Shown one piece after another: positions 20,235 to 30,339 of a stretch of DNA of 64,000 nucleotides. Positions within the stretch are counted from its first letter, which is position 1, and the number at the start of each line of letters is the position of its first letter. Under the pieces are notes generated by a model. It was given only the letters and a program-made list of their open reading frames with translations. It was not told the DNA's origin and made no database searches. The DNA comes from an uncultured cyanobacterium. GTDB taxonomy: Bacteria > Cyanobacteriota > Cyanobacteriia > Phormidesmidales > Phormidesmidaceae. The translations under genes and the position numbers were made by a program. Where the stretch lies: positions 448,001 through 512,000 of the forward strand of contig CAWBZI010000004.1 of the NCBI GenBank assembly GCA_963793265.1. The letters are read 5' to 3'.

Positions 20235-20644
20235 GGGTTGTGGTTGATGTCAACGTTTGGATTTCAGGCTTCTTATGGGGCGGCACACTTGAGGAAATAC
20301 TGAAGCTTGTCTATGAAAACAAGCTCTATAGCTATGTGTCGATTGAACTTTTACAAGAACTAGAACTAACGCTGAGAAGACCGAAATTTAGAGAAAAACT
20401 GTCTCAGAAAAAGCAGACAGTGGAAGGTTTCGTCGCCATAGCTAGTAGTATTTCAACCGTTCTTGAAGCAGTTGAGATTGAGGTTGCAGAGCTACGCGAC
20501 CCTGATGATGCCAAAATAATTGCGATCGCAGTTGCATCCGATGCTGAAGCAATCATCACAGGTGACTTAGACCTACTTGTTCTACAACCATTTCAATGCA
20601 TCTCTATACTTACGCCAGCTCAACTTCTACAGAAGCTACGTTAG
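20231..20644 (+). CDS. PIN-domain putative toxin (PIN_3-like)
   Basis: MRVVVDVNVWIS, ELLQEL, RDPDDAKII, IITGDLDLL acidic PIN residues. Confidence 0.88.
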   Translation: MRVVVDVNVWISGFLWGGTLEEILKLVYENKLYSYVSIELLQELELTLRRPKFREKLSQKKQTVEGFVAIASSISTVLEAVEIEVAELRDPDDAKIIAIAVASDAEAIITGDLDLLVLQPFQCISILTPAQLLQKLR

Positions 20645-20665
20645 TTTCTGCGGTGGTTCCTAAGC

Positions 20666-21553
20666 CTATGCTGTTCTTTGATACCGAGGATACATCTTCA
20701 TGAGCTGGCGAACCTGCTCTGCGTGGTAAGAACTGCGGGTCAGAGGTGAAGAAACCACCTGTAGAAAGCCCATTTCTGCGCCCGCCAAGCGCCAAGCGTC
20801 AAACTGCTGGGGTGTGACAAAGGTATCGACGCCTAAGTGCTTTTGACTGGGCTGTAGGTATTGACCAATCGTGACAATATCGCAGTCTACAGCGCGAAGA
20901 TCGCCGAGCACCTGACGGACTTCAGCGTCAGTTTCGCCCAGGCCAACCATAATGCCTGATTTTGTGTAAGTCCATGGGGTGATCGCTCTAGCCTGCTTTA
21001 GCAGCTCCAAACTACGCAAATAATCCCCTTGCGGCCTTGTTCGCTTATACAGCCGGGGCACCGTCTCCGTATTATGGTTTAGCACTTCAGGCCGTCCCTT
21101 TAGCAGCAGCGTTTCTAACGCATCCCAGTTGCCACACAAATCAGGAATGAGCACTTCGATCGTGGTGTTGGGTGAAACCTTGCGCGTTTCTTCAATGCAG
21201 CGGATAAACTGACTGGCTCCACCATCGGGTAGCTCGTCGCGATTGACCGAGGTAATGACCACATGATTGAGCTTCATGCGCCGCACCGCTTCAGCTAAGC
21301 GTACAGGTTCCATTGGGTCTAGCGGCTGCGGCTTTTTGTCAAAGTCGATATCGCAGTAGGGGCAGGCGCGCGTGCAGGCAGGCCCCATAATTAGAAAGGT
21401 TGCGGTACCTGCGCTAAAGCATTCGCCAATATTTGGGCAAGAGGCTTCTTCGCAGACGGTATTGAGGCCAAGGTCTTGCAAAATGCCTTTGACATCACCC
21501 ACCCGTTCCCACTGAGGGGCCTTTACCCGTAACCATTCTGGCTTAACTACCAC
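20666..21553 (-). CDS. lipA: Lipoyl synthase
   Basis: [28 protein letters not shown] radical-SAM motif, RSSYHA. Confidence 0.97.
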   Translation of the reverse strand: MVVKPEWLRVKAPQWERVGDVKGILQDLGLNTVCEEASCPNIGECFSAGTATFLIMGPACTRACPYCDIDFDKKPQPLDPMEPVRLAEAVRRMKLNHVVITSVNRDELPDGGASQFIRCIEETRKVSPNTTIEVLIPDLCGNWDALETLLLKGRPEVLNHNTETVPRLYKRTRPQGDYLRSLELLKQARAITPWTYTKSGIMVGLGETDAEVRQVLGDLRAVDCDIVTIGQYLQPSQKHLGVDTFVTPQQFDAWRLAGAEMGFLQVVSSPLTRSSYHAEQVRQLMKMYPRYQRTA

Positions 21554-21737
21554 GCTGTTGCTGTTCTCCTGAGTGTTGTTCTACCAATAGGCGCTTCGTC
21601 GATATGCAAACGTCGCTTGAGATTATTTTAGGACTTAACTCGACAGACAAACAGGTATGGCTTAACCGGCAACAGGTGTAAAAGGATGCACTAGGATGGA
21701 TTTAGACACGGTTCTTTTGTCTTTTGTCTCTTAATTT

Positions 21738-22412
21738 ATGCGCAGGCAACCTCCTATCATTCGCTGTTTCGTGATGCTGTGTTTTGGCGCAGGTATTATG
21801 CTGGCGGCTTTTGAATGGCGTAGTCCTTTTCCAGATCCTGTGGTTACCCCAAACGCTACACCTCAAATTAGTGCAGATGCCATTTTGGACTATCAAGGCA
21901 AGCAGCCTGATGATGCGGATTTTGAGCCGCAAGCCGTGCAGATGGAGCCTACGCGGGTTGAAAAAGTGGCCCGCTGGCTGTCTTTAGGTAGCACAGACCG
22001 TACGAAGGCGCTGGCGGAAGAATCGCCGGTTGAGCTGGTGCTGTCTTTGGGCCTGCGAGTTTTGGAAGTGCGTGTGCCCGGTGAAGACCCGGTGTTTTAC
22101 GAAGTGGCCGTTGGTCAGGCTGACTGGCAGACGCCTCAAGGTAAGTTTGCGGTGATTAATAAGTTAGAGAATCCGGCCTGGCAGCATCCAATTACGAAAG
22201 ATGAGATTGCGCCGGGGCCAGAGAATCCTTTGGGAACACGTTGGATCGGCTTTTGGAGTGATGGTCAAGCGCAGATTGGATTTCATGGCACCAATCAGGA
22301 AGATCTTATTGGGGAGGCGGTTTCTCATGGCTGCGTACGGATGCGAAACCAGGATATCGAGGCGCTGTATCAGCATGTAGGCGTGGGTACTTCTGTAGAA
22401 GTGAAGCCTTAA
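21738..22412 (+). CDS. L,D-transpeptidase (YkuD/ErfK family)
   Basis: TPQGKF, NPLGTRWIG, IGFHGT..SHGCVRM. Confidence 0.92.
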   Translation: MRRQPPIIRCFVMLCFGAGIMLAAFEWRSPFPDPVVTPNATPQISADAILDYQGKQPDDADFEPQAVQMEPTRVEKVARWLSLGSTDRTKALAEESPVELVLSLGLRVLEVRVPGEDPVFYEVAVGQADWQTPQGKFAVINKLENPAWQHPITKDEIAPGPENPLGTRWIGFWSDGQAQIGFHGTNQEDLIGEAVSHGCVRMRNQDIEALYQHVGVGTSVEVKP

Positions 22413-22442
22413 AACCCGAGAGAGAAAGCCTTAAACACACGA

Positions 22443-22475
22443 AAACGACCGCTGGTGAGTAACTAACGGTCGTTT
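22443..22475. terminator. Probable bidirectional terminator
   Basis: aaacgaccg / cggtcgttt inverted repeat between convergent genes. Confidence 0.65.
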
Positions 22476-22507
22476 GCTTAGGCATTTTTCGTAGGTTGAG
22501 GACGCGG

Positions 22508-23059
22508 TTAAGCGGCAGCAGGCTCTTGCTCGAAGTCGTGAGCGTAGTCTTTGAGCAGCTTGTTTACCTGATTGAGCAGTCCGCTGTCTTCGGTGCGCTG
22601 AATTTCTTTGCGCTCTGGGAAGAACTCAGGCTGGTCGAGGCTGCGGCCCATGGATTCGGTGACCTGCTGGGCAATGAGTTCGCTAAGCTCAGCGCGGGCC
22701 TTATCGCGCTGGTAGCTCGCGCCTTCTTCAGTGGTGGCATATAGAGGCGGGAGACGGTTGAGGGCGTAGGCAGCGACATCACCTAAATCGAGCGTCTTTT
22801 CGCTGTTAGATTCAACTTCAGCAACTTGAGAAATTGCCTCAGTGAGCACCAGTTCTTCCATGACGTTAATGAACTGCTTGCGAGGGACGGCAACGACTTC
22901 TCCGGTTAGCAAAGAACCCATCAGGCGATCGAGAGACATGTATTCTTCGATCGAAAGCTCGGAGGCCGTGTCGCAAATGCGGCCAACTTCTGCTTCCATG
23001 GCAGGGGTGAGATAGCCGTCCTGCAACGCCTGGTCAACGATTTTTTCAATACTACTCAT
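22508..23059 (-). CDS. cdgR: ComFB-domain protein, CdgR-like cyclic-dinucleotide receptor
   Basis: INVMEELV..DVAAYALNRLPPLYAT ComFB signature; N-terminus IEKIVDQALQDGYLTPAMEAEV as recalled for Anabaena CdgR. Confidence 0.75.
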   Translation of the reverse strand: MSSIEKIVDQALQDGYLTPAMEAEVGRICDTASELSIEEYMSLDRLMGSLLTGEVVAVPRKQFINVMEELVLTEAISQVAEVESNSEKTLDLGDVAAYALNRLPPLYATTEEGASYQRDKARAELSELIAQQVTESMGRSLDQPEFFPERKEIQRTEDSGLLNQVNKLLKDYAHDFEQEPAAA

Positions 23060-23250
23060 GCTGGCACAAGGCTCCGGTTTGGTGATTCCACTAAAAAAAC
23101 TTGAAATATGAAGAGACTCAGTTATGAGTTCGGTGTAAATCTTGAATCAAGTATTCCCGCTGCTTTAATACACAAAACAAAGGAAGCTCAAATTTGTGTA
23201 AAGAGCTTCCTAATGTCTGGTACGTATTGAGTTGAACGGGTAGCGGATTG

Positions 23251-24162
23251 CTACTCCACGCCGTCGTAGCGCCAGGGAACTGGATCGACTGAAACGCCAT
23301 TTACAAATAGCCCCCAGTGGAGGTTAGGCCCGGTGGCAAAGCCGGTAGCGCCCATGTAGCCGATGAGCTGGCCTTTTTCGACCATATCGCCTTCGTTTAC
23401 CGCAAAGCCGGAGAGGTGGATCATAACGCTGGTGACGCCCTGACCGTGGTCTATGCCAATGGTGTTGCCGTTTAGCTCGAAGCCGTCAGCGACCCTGCCG
23501 ATGACGGCAATCCGGCCTGCGGCGGGTGCGTAGATAGGGGAACCGTTGGCGGCGGCATAGTCTACGCCGCGATGGTAGTAGTCTTCAGCAAAAACGCCGT
23601 TGTAGTAGCGGCGGTTGCCATAGACGGAGCTAACATAGCCAGTGCTGGGGCGGGCCATGGGGCCATTCCAATATCGTTGAGGCGATCGCAATGCCCGAAG
23701 CTCATCTAATCGATCAAATTCATAATCAGTCCCTTCTAACCCGGCGCGACTTGGCGAAAGGGTAATGTACTGCGTATTAAAGCTGCGGTTGCCAACGTTG
23801 ACCGCAACGTTGTTAGTGCCTTCTGGGCCTTTGACTTCAAGCGTCATGCGGCCTGGGGATGTGTTGGGGCTGGTGGGAACGAGGGCGCGATAGCGGTTAG
23901 ACGATAGGGCAAATGCCTGGTAGGTAGTGCCGTTGACGGTGACGGTGGGCGTGACGCCGTTGTCTTCGCCTGTGACGACCACAGAAAGCGTATCGCCAAG
24001 GACGGGGCGCGTGGGCGATACTTGCACCTGATAAGCATGGGCTGGGGTGGCGATCGCACTCCAAACCACAACGGCTACAGCCATAACCGGGAGCATGAGC
24101 CAGGGCGTTACGTTTGCGAGCTTGCGCCAGCGATCGCGCAGGTATGAGGAAACAGAAATCAT
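23251..24162 (-). CDS. M23 family metallopeptidase (peptidoglycan hydrolase)
   Basis: Signal peptide; HRGVD, IDHG, GPNLHW motifs. Confidence 0.9.
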   Translation of the reverse strand: MISVSSYLRDRWRKLANVTPWLMLPVMAVAVVVWSAIATPAHAYQVQVSPTRPVLGDTLSVVVTGEDNGVTPTVTVNGTTYQAFALSSNRYRALVPTSPNTSPGRMTLEVKGPEGTNNVAVNVGNRSFNTQYITLSPSRAGLEGTDYEFDRLDELRALRSPQRYWNGPMARPSTGYVSSVYGNRRYYNGVFAEDYYHRGVDYAAANGSPIYAPAAGRIAVIGRVADGFELNGNTIGIDHGQGVTSVMIHLSGFAVNEGDMVEKGQLIGYMGATGFATGPNLHWGLFVNGVSVDPVPWRYDGVE

Positions 24163-24360
24163 AGTGAACTAAGGAAAGTGACAGAGGTTGGAACGCTAGA
24201 GTGTGCGAAGTTTCTATAAAAAAATATTTAGCACGAGCGTAAATAAGCCCTAACTAAAAGGGATTTACCGCGTGGCTTGAACGCATAGACAATAGCACTC
24301 TCTAGCAACTTTGTGAGTAGGCTGCTGTGACGGCTGGCGAAGCGAAATGCTCAAATAGAA

Positions 24361-24400
24361 AGCGGCTTTCTTATCTAATGGCAATAGAGAGAAGGCCGCT
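24361..24400 (-). terminator. Hairpin downstream of hfq
   Basis: agcggctttct ... agaaggccgct inverted repeat (one G-U pair on the + strand). Confidence 0.5.
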
Positions 24401-24444
24401 GCTAATAAATAGATTTTGGATGAGTAGATTTGGAGGACAGGACG

Positions 24445-24663
24445 TTAGCCGCCTGTTTTGACGTAGGCGATCGCACCCCGCATCAAAATGGTGTCCTGCC
24501 CGTCTGTGCCTTTAATACAAAGGGCGTTGGCATCTTGCCATGCGAGCGCGCCGGTAAGGGTATCGCCTGTGGTGACCTTAATTTCTACCGCCTCCTGATC
24601 GCGAATAATAGCCTGAACCTGGCGGATACTGGGCAAGTCGGTGTCGAATTGGTTTGAGGACAT
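24445..24663 (-). CDS. hfq: Cyanobacterial Hfq (Sm-like) protein
   Basis: FDTDLPSIRQVQ..VEIKVTTGDTLTG..WQD..AIAYVK; divergent from dapF as in other cyanobacteria; ATG at 24663. Confidence 0.85.
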   Translation of the reverse strand: MSSNQFDTDLPSIRQVQAIIRDQEAVEIKVTTGDTLTGALAWQDANALCIKGTDGQDTILMRGAIAYVKTGG

Positions 24664-24807
24664 TGTTTGTGGGAGTTTTTTGCTCAAAACGATTTGTGTT
24701 TATAGATTGCCCGAGATTGGCTGCAAGAGCGCTCGGCTCAAGCAGTCGCCAAAGTGATGACCAGAGCAGCGGTAGAATATGTGGAATTGTACGAAAGCTT
24801 TTCACCC

Positions 24808-25680
24808 ATGACGACCCTTCCTTTTAGTAAGTATCACGGCCTTGGTAACGATTTTGTTTTGGTAGATAACCGGGCGAGTGAAAAGCCGTTGGTGAGCCCT
24901 GAGCAGGCGGTAGCGGTGTGCGATCGCAACTTCGGTATCGGCGCAGATGGCGTTATTTTCGTGCTGCCTGCAACGGGTGACACTGACTACACCATGCGGA
25001 TCTATAACTCGGATGGCTCCGAGCCCGAGATGTGCGGCAACGGCATTCGCTGTTTGGCTAAGTTCATTGCCGATCTAGAAGAAAAAGATGGTCACGCCCG
25101 CAAGCTGCCTTACACCTACAGTATTCACACCCTCGCTGGGACGATTCGACCTGAGCTGAGATCCGATGGGCAGGTGACGGTAGATATGGGCGAGCCTGTG
25201 CTGATGGCTAAAGACATTCCTACAACACTTGCGGCTGATGACGATAAGGCGATCGATAAAACCCTTACGGTAGACGGTAAAGACTGGCAGGTGAGCTGCG
25301 TGAGTATGGGCAACCCACACTGCATCACGTTTGTAGAGGATGTAGAAGCGGTGCCTTTAGCAGAGATTGGCCCTAAGTTTGAAAATCACGAGGCGTTTCC
25401 AGCGCGAATTAATACCGAGTTTGTAGAAGTGGTGCGGCCTGACTATTTGAAAATGAAGGTGTGGGAGCGTGGGGCAGGGGCAACGCTGGCCTGTGGCACT
25501 GGGGCTTGCGCGCTGGCGGTGGCGACGGTGCTAAATGATAAGTGCGATCGCAAAGTCACCGTAGAACTCCCCGGCGGCAATCTAGAAATTGAATGGGCCA
25601 GCAGCAACCGGGTGTACATGAGCGGCCCGGCCACGCTCGTATTTCGCGGCGACGTATCTTTAAATGCGGCAGGTCGTTAG
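24808..25680 (+). CDS. dapF: Diaminopimelate epimerase
   Basis: [44 protein letters not shown] at 24808. Confidence 0.97.
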   Translation: MTTLPFSKYHGLGNDFVLVDNRASEKPLVSPEQAVAVCDRNFGIGADGVIFVLPATGDTDYTMRIYNSDGSEPEMCGNGIRCLAKFIADLEEKDGHARKLPYTYSIHTLAGTIRPELRSDGQVTVDMGEPVLMAKDIPTTLAADDDKAIDKTLTVDGKDWQVSCVSMGNPHCITFVEDVEAVPLAEIGPKFENHEAFPARINTEFVEVVRPDYLKMKVWERGAGATLACGTGACALAVATVLNDKCDRKVTVELPGGNLEIEWASSNRVYMSGPATLVFRGDVSLNAAGR

Positions 25681-25684
25681 TTTT

Positions 25685-26377
25685 ATGACCTTATTTGTAT
25701 TGACTAATGATGATGGCATTGATGCACCGGGCATTCGCGCTATGCAATCAGCGATCACTGATCTGGGCGAAAACGTGATTGTGGCCCCTGACGCGCCGCT
25801 ATCGGGATGTAGCCATCAGATGAATCGCGGCGGCGTAATAGGGATTGACCCACGTGCTAAAAACGAATACGCCATTAGCGGCACGCCTGCTGACTGTAGT
25901 CGAGTGGCCGTTAGTCACCTGTGCCCCGAGGTGGACTGGGTGCTCTCGGGCATCAACGCGGGCGGCAATATGGGCTCGGATATTTATCTCTCAGGAACCG
26001 TCGCGGCGGTGCGAGAGGCTACCTTGCTCAGGAAGAATGGCATTGCGATTTCGCAGTATCGCTATCGCTCTCAGCCTTACGACTGGGATAGAGCGACGCG
26101 ATTGGCCCGAAAAGTGCTGCGCCAGCTAACGGCTGAACCGTCTAAACCGGGACAGTTTTGGAATGTCAACTTACCCGCGCCGCGAGAGGGTGCAGCCGAT
26201 GATCCTGAGCTGGTGTTTTGCGATCGCTGCACTCAGCCCCTACCGACAGACTTCACGATTGATGAAACTGGATTCCGCTACGCAGGCGCATACGAAGACC
26301 GTCTAAGAGATCCTGATGGCGATGTAGACGTTTGCCTGCGCGGGCAGATCAGCGTGGTCAAGGTGCAGCTATGGTAG
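25685..26377 (+). CDS. surE: 5'/3'-nucleotidase SurE family protein
   Basis: LTNDDGIDAPG, GTPADC, SGINAGGN, YLSGTVAA; ATG at 25685. Confidence 0.9.
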   Translation: MTLFVLTNDDGIDAPGIRAMQSAITDLGENVIVAPDAPLSGCSHQMNRGGVIGIDPRAKNEYAISGTPADCSRVAVSHLCPEVDWVLSGINAGGNMGSDIYLSGTVAAVREATLLRKNGIAISQYRYRSQPYDWDRATRLARKVLRQLTAEPSKPGQFWNVNLPAPREGAADDPELVFCDRCTQPLPTDFTIDETGFRYAGAYEDRLRDPDGDVDVCLRGQISVVKVQLW

Positions 26378-26581
26378 GGATTTCCTTTGCACCAGCGGCT
26401 CCCAAAGACACTCGGTAGACATCCTGCCTATGCAATATACATACGAAAGCTTCATCAAACGGTCTGAAAAAAACAAGATCAGTAAGTGATAATGCGGTTT
26501 TTATGATGCACGTGTAAAGGCTGGCAGCACACCGTAGTAAGATGTCAGCGCATTGATGGCTCTTGGTGGCTTTTTTAAAAA

Positions 26582-27619
26582 ATGGTTCAGCTCAATACAG
26601 GGATTACCCTATTCCTTAGCCTGTTAGTAGAAGCCGTGCCGTTTCTGCTAATTGGCGTGGCTTTTTCTAGTCTGCTGATGTTTTTTGTAGATGAGCGATC
26701 GCTGATCGGCATCCTGCCTAAAAATGCCTTCCTCGGCGCGCTCTCCGGTAGCCTGATCGGTCTGCTTTTTCCCGTTTGTGAATGCGGCAATGTGCCAGTC
26801 GCTAGGCGTTTGCTCGTGCAAGGTGCGCCTACAGCCGTTTCTATTGGCTTTTTGCTTGCCGCGCCCACTATTAATCCGGTGGTATTTTGGGCGACCTGGG
26901 TTGCCTTTCGCGGTCAGCCGGAGGTTGTATTTCTGCGGGTTGGCTTTACGCTGCTGATCGCGACGACCGTTGGCTGGGTGTTCAGCCGTCAGCCGGATAT
27001 TGGCCCTTTTTTACAAGATGCGGTGGCGCGAGGCCGGTTTCGAGAGCGCCCCGTGCAGCCTGAAGTGCCTTCTTTACTACAGGGTGGCACCTTTTTTATT
27101 CAGGGCGGCGGTGCTGGCGCGATGGATGCAGGTGATATCGGCAGGGCTATTCGATTAGATACGCCTGCGGCGCAGCGGCTAGTGGCAAATCCGGCGATGG
27201 AGCAAACCCTGCGCCATAAGCTGACGCTATCGGCTGAGAATATGGTGCGTGAGCTAAGAGAGCTGGGAGCGATTTTGATTTTGGGCAGTGCGATCGCCGC
27301 GACGGTTCAAGTAGCGGTGCCCAGAGAGGTGATTTTGGGGCTGGGGCAAGGTCTGGTGTCGTCAATCTTAGCAATGATGGTCTTAGCCGCCGTTGTCTCT
27401 ATTTGCTCTACGGTTGATTCCTTTTTTGCGCTTTCGTTTGCCGCTACGTTCACGACTGGTTCGCTGCTGGCCTTTTTAATATTTGGCCCTATGATCGACC
27501 TGAAAAATATTGGTCTGTTGCTCACAGTCTTTAAAGGCAGGGCAGTGTTTTATCTGTTCGCACTAGCGGCGATGATGAGCTTTGCGCTAGCGTTATTTGT
27601 CAATTTGTATATTGGGTAG
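26582..27619 (+). CDS. Permease, DUF318/YcgR-like family
   Basis: Multi-TM; PVCECGNVP, FLLAAPTINP, SICSTVD, FGPMIDLK. Confidence 0.88.
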   Translation: MVQLNTGITLFLSLLVEAVPFLLIGVAFSSLLMFFVDERSLIGILPKNAFLGALSGSLIGLLFPVCECGNVPVARRLLVQGAPTAVSIGFLLAAPTINPVVFWATWVAFRGQPEVVFLRVGFTLLIATTVGWVFSRQPDIGPFLQDAVARGRFRERPVQPEVPSLLQGGTFFIQGGGAGAMDAGDIGRAIRLDTPAAQRLVANPAMEQTLRHKLTLSAENMVRELRELGAILILGSAIAATVQVAVPREVILGLGQGLVSSILAMMVLAAVVSICSTVDSFFALSFAATFTTGSLLAFLIFGPMIDLKNIGLLLTVFKGRAVFYLFALAAMMSFALALFVNLYIG

Positions 27620-27625
27620 CTTGCT

Positions 27626-28429
27626 GTGCGATCGCCTCGGGTCAAATCTACAAAACCAAAACGTCCGCTGCGCCTACCGTGGCGCGATATTTTAGATGCG
27701 TTGGCACTAAGCGTTTGGAGTGCGATGCTGTTTCGCTTTTGGTTCGGCGGTAAGCTGCTGCTACTCTTGCATCCCGACTATGCCTGGCTGTCTAATGTGG
27801 CAGCGATCGCACTGTTATTTCTCGTCAGCTTCACCATCCATAAAATCTTAAATCAGCTTTTTGGGTCTAGATCCAACCGGGCTAACGGCACAGGTGCAGA
27901 CTTAGGTCACGTGACGCTACTGCCGCCGAGTATCAGTAGTGCTCTGATGCTAGGAGTCGCCATCTTCGGCACGATTTATACGCCCCAAGCCTTTGCCAGT
28001 GAAACCGCCATGCAGCGAGGCATTGCCCAAACGCTGACGCTCACGCGCGCACAGCCCCAGCGGTTTTCGCGTGCGGCCTCACCCGAAGAACGGACAGTCA
28101 TTGACTGGATTCGCCTGGTGAATGTGTATCCAGAGCCCGATGCCTATACCGGAGAAGCGGTTGATGTGAAGGGATTTGTTATCCATCCCGAAAGCTGGCC
28201 AGATGACTATTTGATGGTGTCTCGATTTGTGCTGACCTGCTGTGCGGCAGATGCCTATCCGGTGGGCCTGCCGGTAAAGGTAAATAGCCAGTCATCTTAT
28301 CCCGTAGATAGCTGGCTTGCCGTGAAAGGCGAGATGATCAGTGAGACGCTAGACGGGCGGCGGCAGCTTGCGATCGCACCGACAGCCCTTGAAACTATAG
28401 AAGAACCCGACAACCCGTATGAGTACTAG
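27626..28429 (+). CDS. TIGR03943/DUF1980 (YcgQ-like) putative permease subunit
   Basis: 3 TM helices, LLLHP, SRFVLTCCAADA, EPDNPYEY C-terminus. Confidence 0.85.
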   Translation: MRSPRVKSTKPKRPLRLPWRDILDALALSVWSAMLFRFWFGGKLLLLLHPDYAWLSNVAAIALLFLVSFTIHKILNQLFGSRSNRANGTGADLGHVTLLPPSISSALMLGVAIFGTIYTPQAFASETAMQRGIAQTLTLTRAQPQRFSRAASPEERTVIDWIRLVNVYPEPDAYTGEAVDVKGFVIHPESWPDDYLMVSRFVLTCCAADAYPVGLPVKVNSQSSYPVDSWLAVKGEMISETLDGRRQLAIAPTALETIEEPDNPYEY

Positions 28430-29978
28430 CTCTAGACCCCAGCGCTCTCCGCAATCCTCGCAATCGCGCCTTCAGCGGCAGCCCCTAGATCGCGCGGCCC
28501 AGCTTGTTATGCTGCTGCTGGCAGTAGTCATTGCGGCCATGCTGCTATTGGGTACTCAGGCGCTGACGAAAGTGCGTACGTTTTCCTGGCAGGGCAAAGC
28601 GGTCACCGCTGACGATGTGGCCTTTCTGCTAACGTTTTCGCAGCCTGTGAATCCTAAAAGCGTAGAGGAAAGCTTGAAGATCGAGCCCGTGCTGCCCGGT
28701 AAATTTAGCTGGGCCGGGCGGCGAATGGCCTACACGCTAACGGTGCCTGCGCCTTATGGCGAAAACTATACCCTGACGCTACCAGAGGCGAATGCGCTAA
28801 GCGGTCAGGCTGGCTTTGAGCCTTTTAAGGCTGATTTTCATACGCGCGATCGCGTCTTTGCCTACATTGGTGCAGACGGCGAAGAGCAAGGTCGCCTTAT
28901 TTTGTTTAATCTGACGCGAAAGGAAAAAACCTTACTCACGCCTGAAGGGCAAAGCGTACTGGACTTTGAGGCATACCCTGACCGGACACGAATTTTATAC
29001 TCAGCCGTCGCAGAAGATTCCCGCCAGCGCAGCACTCAGCCCGAACCACCTCAGATATATAGCGTGTCAACCGGGCTAGCTGATGGGGCGATCGCGCCAC
29101 GATGGCAATTTTGGAAGACCGCTCAAACTGCTGAGGCGGGGCAGGTTGATCTAATTCTTGACAATAAAGACTATCAAAACCTTAAATTCGACCTTTCCCC
29201 TAACGGCGAGGTAATTGTCGTACAGCGCGTCAACCAGGCTAACCCTGCCGACTTTGGCCCTTGGGTATTGATGAACGGCGAGCCTGCGCGCAAGCTAAAG
29301 ACAGAGCCAGGCGGTGATTTTACAATCGCACCCGATAGTGCCTCGATACTGTTACAGCAGGGCGAGGGGACAGCGGTAATCGCGATAGAACCAGAGTTGG
29401 AGGTCGCTGAATCGAGCGAGCTGCTAGACTTTTTACCTGACTACGGCCTGACTTTGGATATTGCCAGCGACGGTAGCGCGGCGGCTTTGGTCAACTTCAA
29501 CCAGGATGACCCCGAAAAGCAGTTCACCCAGTCTTTGTTTTGGGTGTCTAATTCAGGCAAAGAAAAGGCCCTATTGCAAACAGACGGGGCTATACTGAGC
29601 GCGCAGTTTAGCGATAACAATAATGTGCTCTATTGCCTGGTAAGTCGGCTAGTAGAAGACACAGAAGAGTATCAAACCGTGCCTTACCTAACGGCAGTCA
29701 ATATCAAGACAGGTAAAGAGCAGAAGCTGCTAGAAATGCCGCCTCAAGCCGAAATTACGATGAGCACGTCACCGGATGGCCTGGCCATTTTGTTTGACGA
29801 GGCCCTAGCCAGTGAGGCACAACAACCAGCAGCCGCAGGCACGCTTTCGGGGCCGACGCATCGTTTATGGCTGCTGCCGCTATTTGGCACGCTAGAGGAA
29901 AGATTGCAGGGAGAACCCGTTGCGTTGCCGCCAACGGAACTGGAGATTACCGGGAGACAGCCAGCCTGGCTACCCTGA
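28419..29978 (+). CDS. Membrane-anchored Ig-like (Big_5-like) plus TolB-like beta-propeller protein
   Basis: N-terminal TM; LTFSQPVNPKSVE..GKFSWAG Ig-like segment; repeated SPNG/APDS/SPDG blades; overlaps upstream gene by 11 bp. Confidence 0.7.
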   Translation: MSTSSRPQRSPQSSQSRLQRQPLDRAAQLVMLLLAVVIAAMLLLGTQALTKVRTFSWQGKAVTADDVAFLLTFSQPVNPKSVEESLKIEPVLPGKFSWAGRRMAYTLTVPAPYGENYTLTLPEANALSGQAGFEPFKADFHTRDRVFAYIGADGEEQGRLILFNLTRKEKTLLTPEGQSVLDFEAYPDRTRILYSAVAEDSRQRSTQPEPPQIYSVSTGLADGAIAPRWQFWKTAQTAEAGQVDLILDNKDYQNLKFDLSPNGEVIVVQRVNQANPADFGPWVLMNGEPARKLKTEPGGDFTIAPDSASILLQQGEGTAVIAIEPELEVAESSELLDFLPDYGLTLDIASDGSAAALVNFNQDDPEKQFTQSLFWVSNSGKEKALLQTDGAILSAQFSDNNNVLYCLVSRLVEDTEEYQTVPYLTAVNIKTGKEQKLLEMPPQAEITMSTSPDGLAILFDEALASEAQQPAAAGTLSGPTHRLWLLPLFGTLEERLQGEPVALPPTELEITGRQPAWLP

Positions 29979-30008
29979 AATAGCTTATAAAATACCCTAT
30001 TAAAAAAT

Positions 30009-30059
30009 ATAGCCGGACTGAAATCCGGCTATGTCAGCCCAGCGGTTCAGTCCGGCTAT
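30009..30059. terminator. Inverted-repeat element / probable bidirectional terminator
   Basis: Perfect 14-bp IR atagccggactgaa / ttcagtccggctat plus an internal alternative partner tccggctat. Confidence 0.65.
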
Positions 30060-30087
30060 TAAGGTATGAGCCGCTAGCTATAGGCGC

Positions 30088-30339
30088 TTATGGATTTCGC
30101 CTGGTTTCATTTCGTTGAATGTAGAGCTGAAGAAAAATTTGCGCAGCAGAGGGCTCTAGCTCATCTAGCGCATTGATAATTTCGGGGATAGAGTCTGCTA
30201 ATGGATCGCTTACCTCATTGACCCACTGATTGACTGTAGAGCGAGCAACACCCATGGTTACAGCCAGTCGATTTTGACTGATGCCATATTGTTGAAGAAC
30301 GTACTTTAATGCCTTACCTGCCCTGCCCATTTTTTTCAT
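30088..30339 (-). CDS. XRE-family helix-turn-helix regulator
   Basis: ISQNRLAVTMGVARSTVNQW HTH. Confidence 0.85.
   Translation of the reverse strand: MKKMGRAGKALKYVLQQYGISQNRLAVTMGVARSTVNQWVNEVSDPLADSIPEIINALDELEPSAAQIFLQLYIQRNETRRNP

Noticed and set aside
24170..24350. Possible riboswitch upstream of the M23 peptidase gene
   Set aside because: No recognisable c-di-AMP or c-di-GMP riboswitch core
26487..26506. Possible Zur box upstream of the DUF318 operon
   Set aside because: Only one TGATAAT half-site; the second half does not fit a 7-1-7 palindrome
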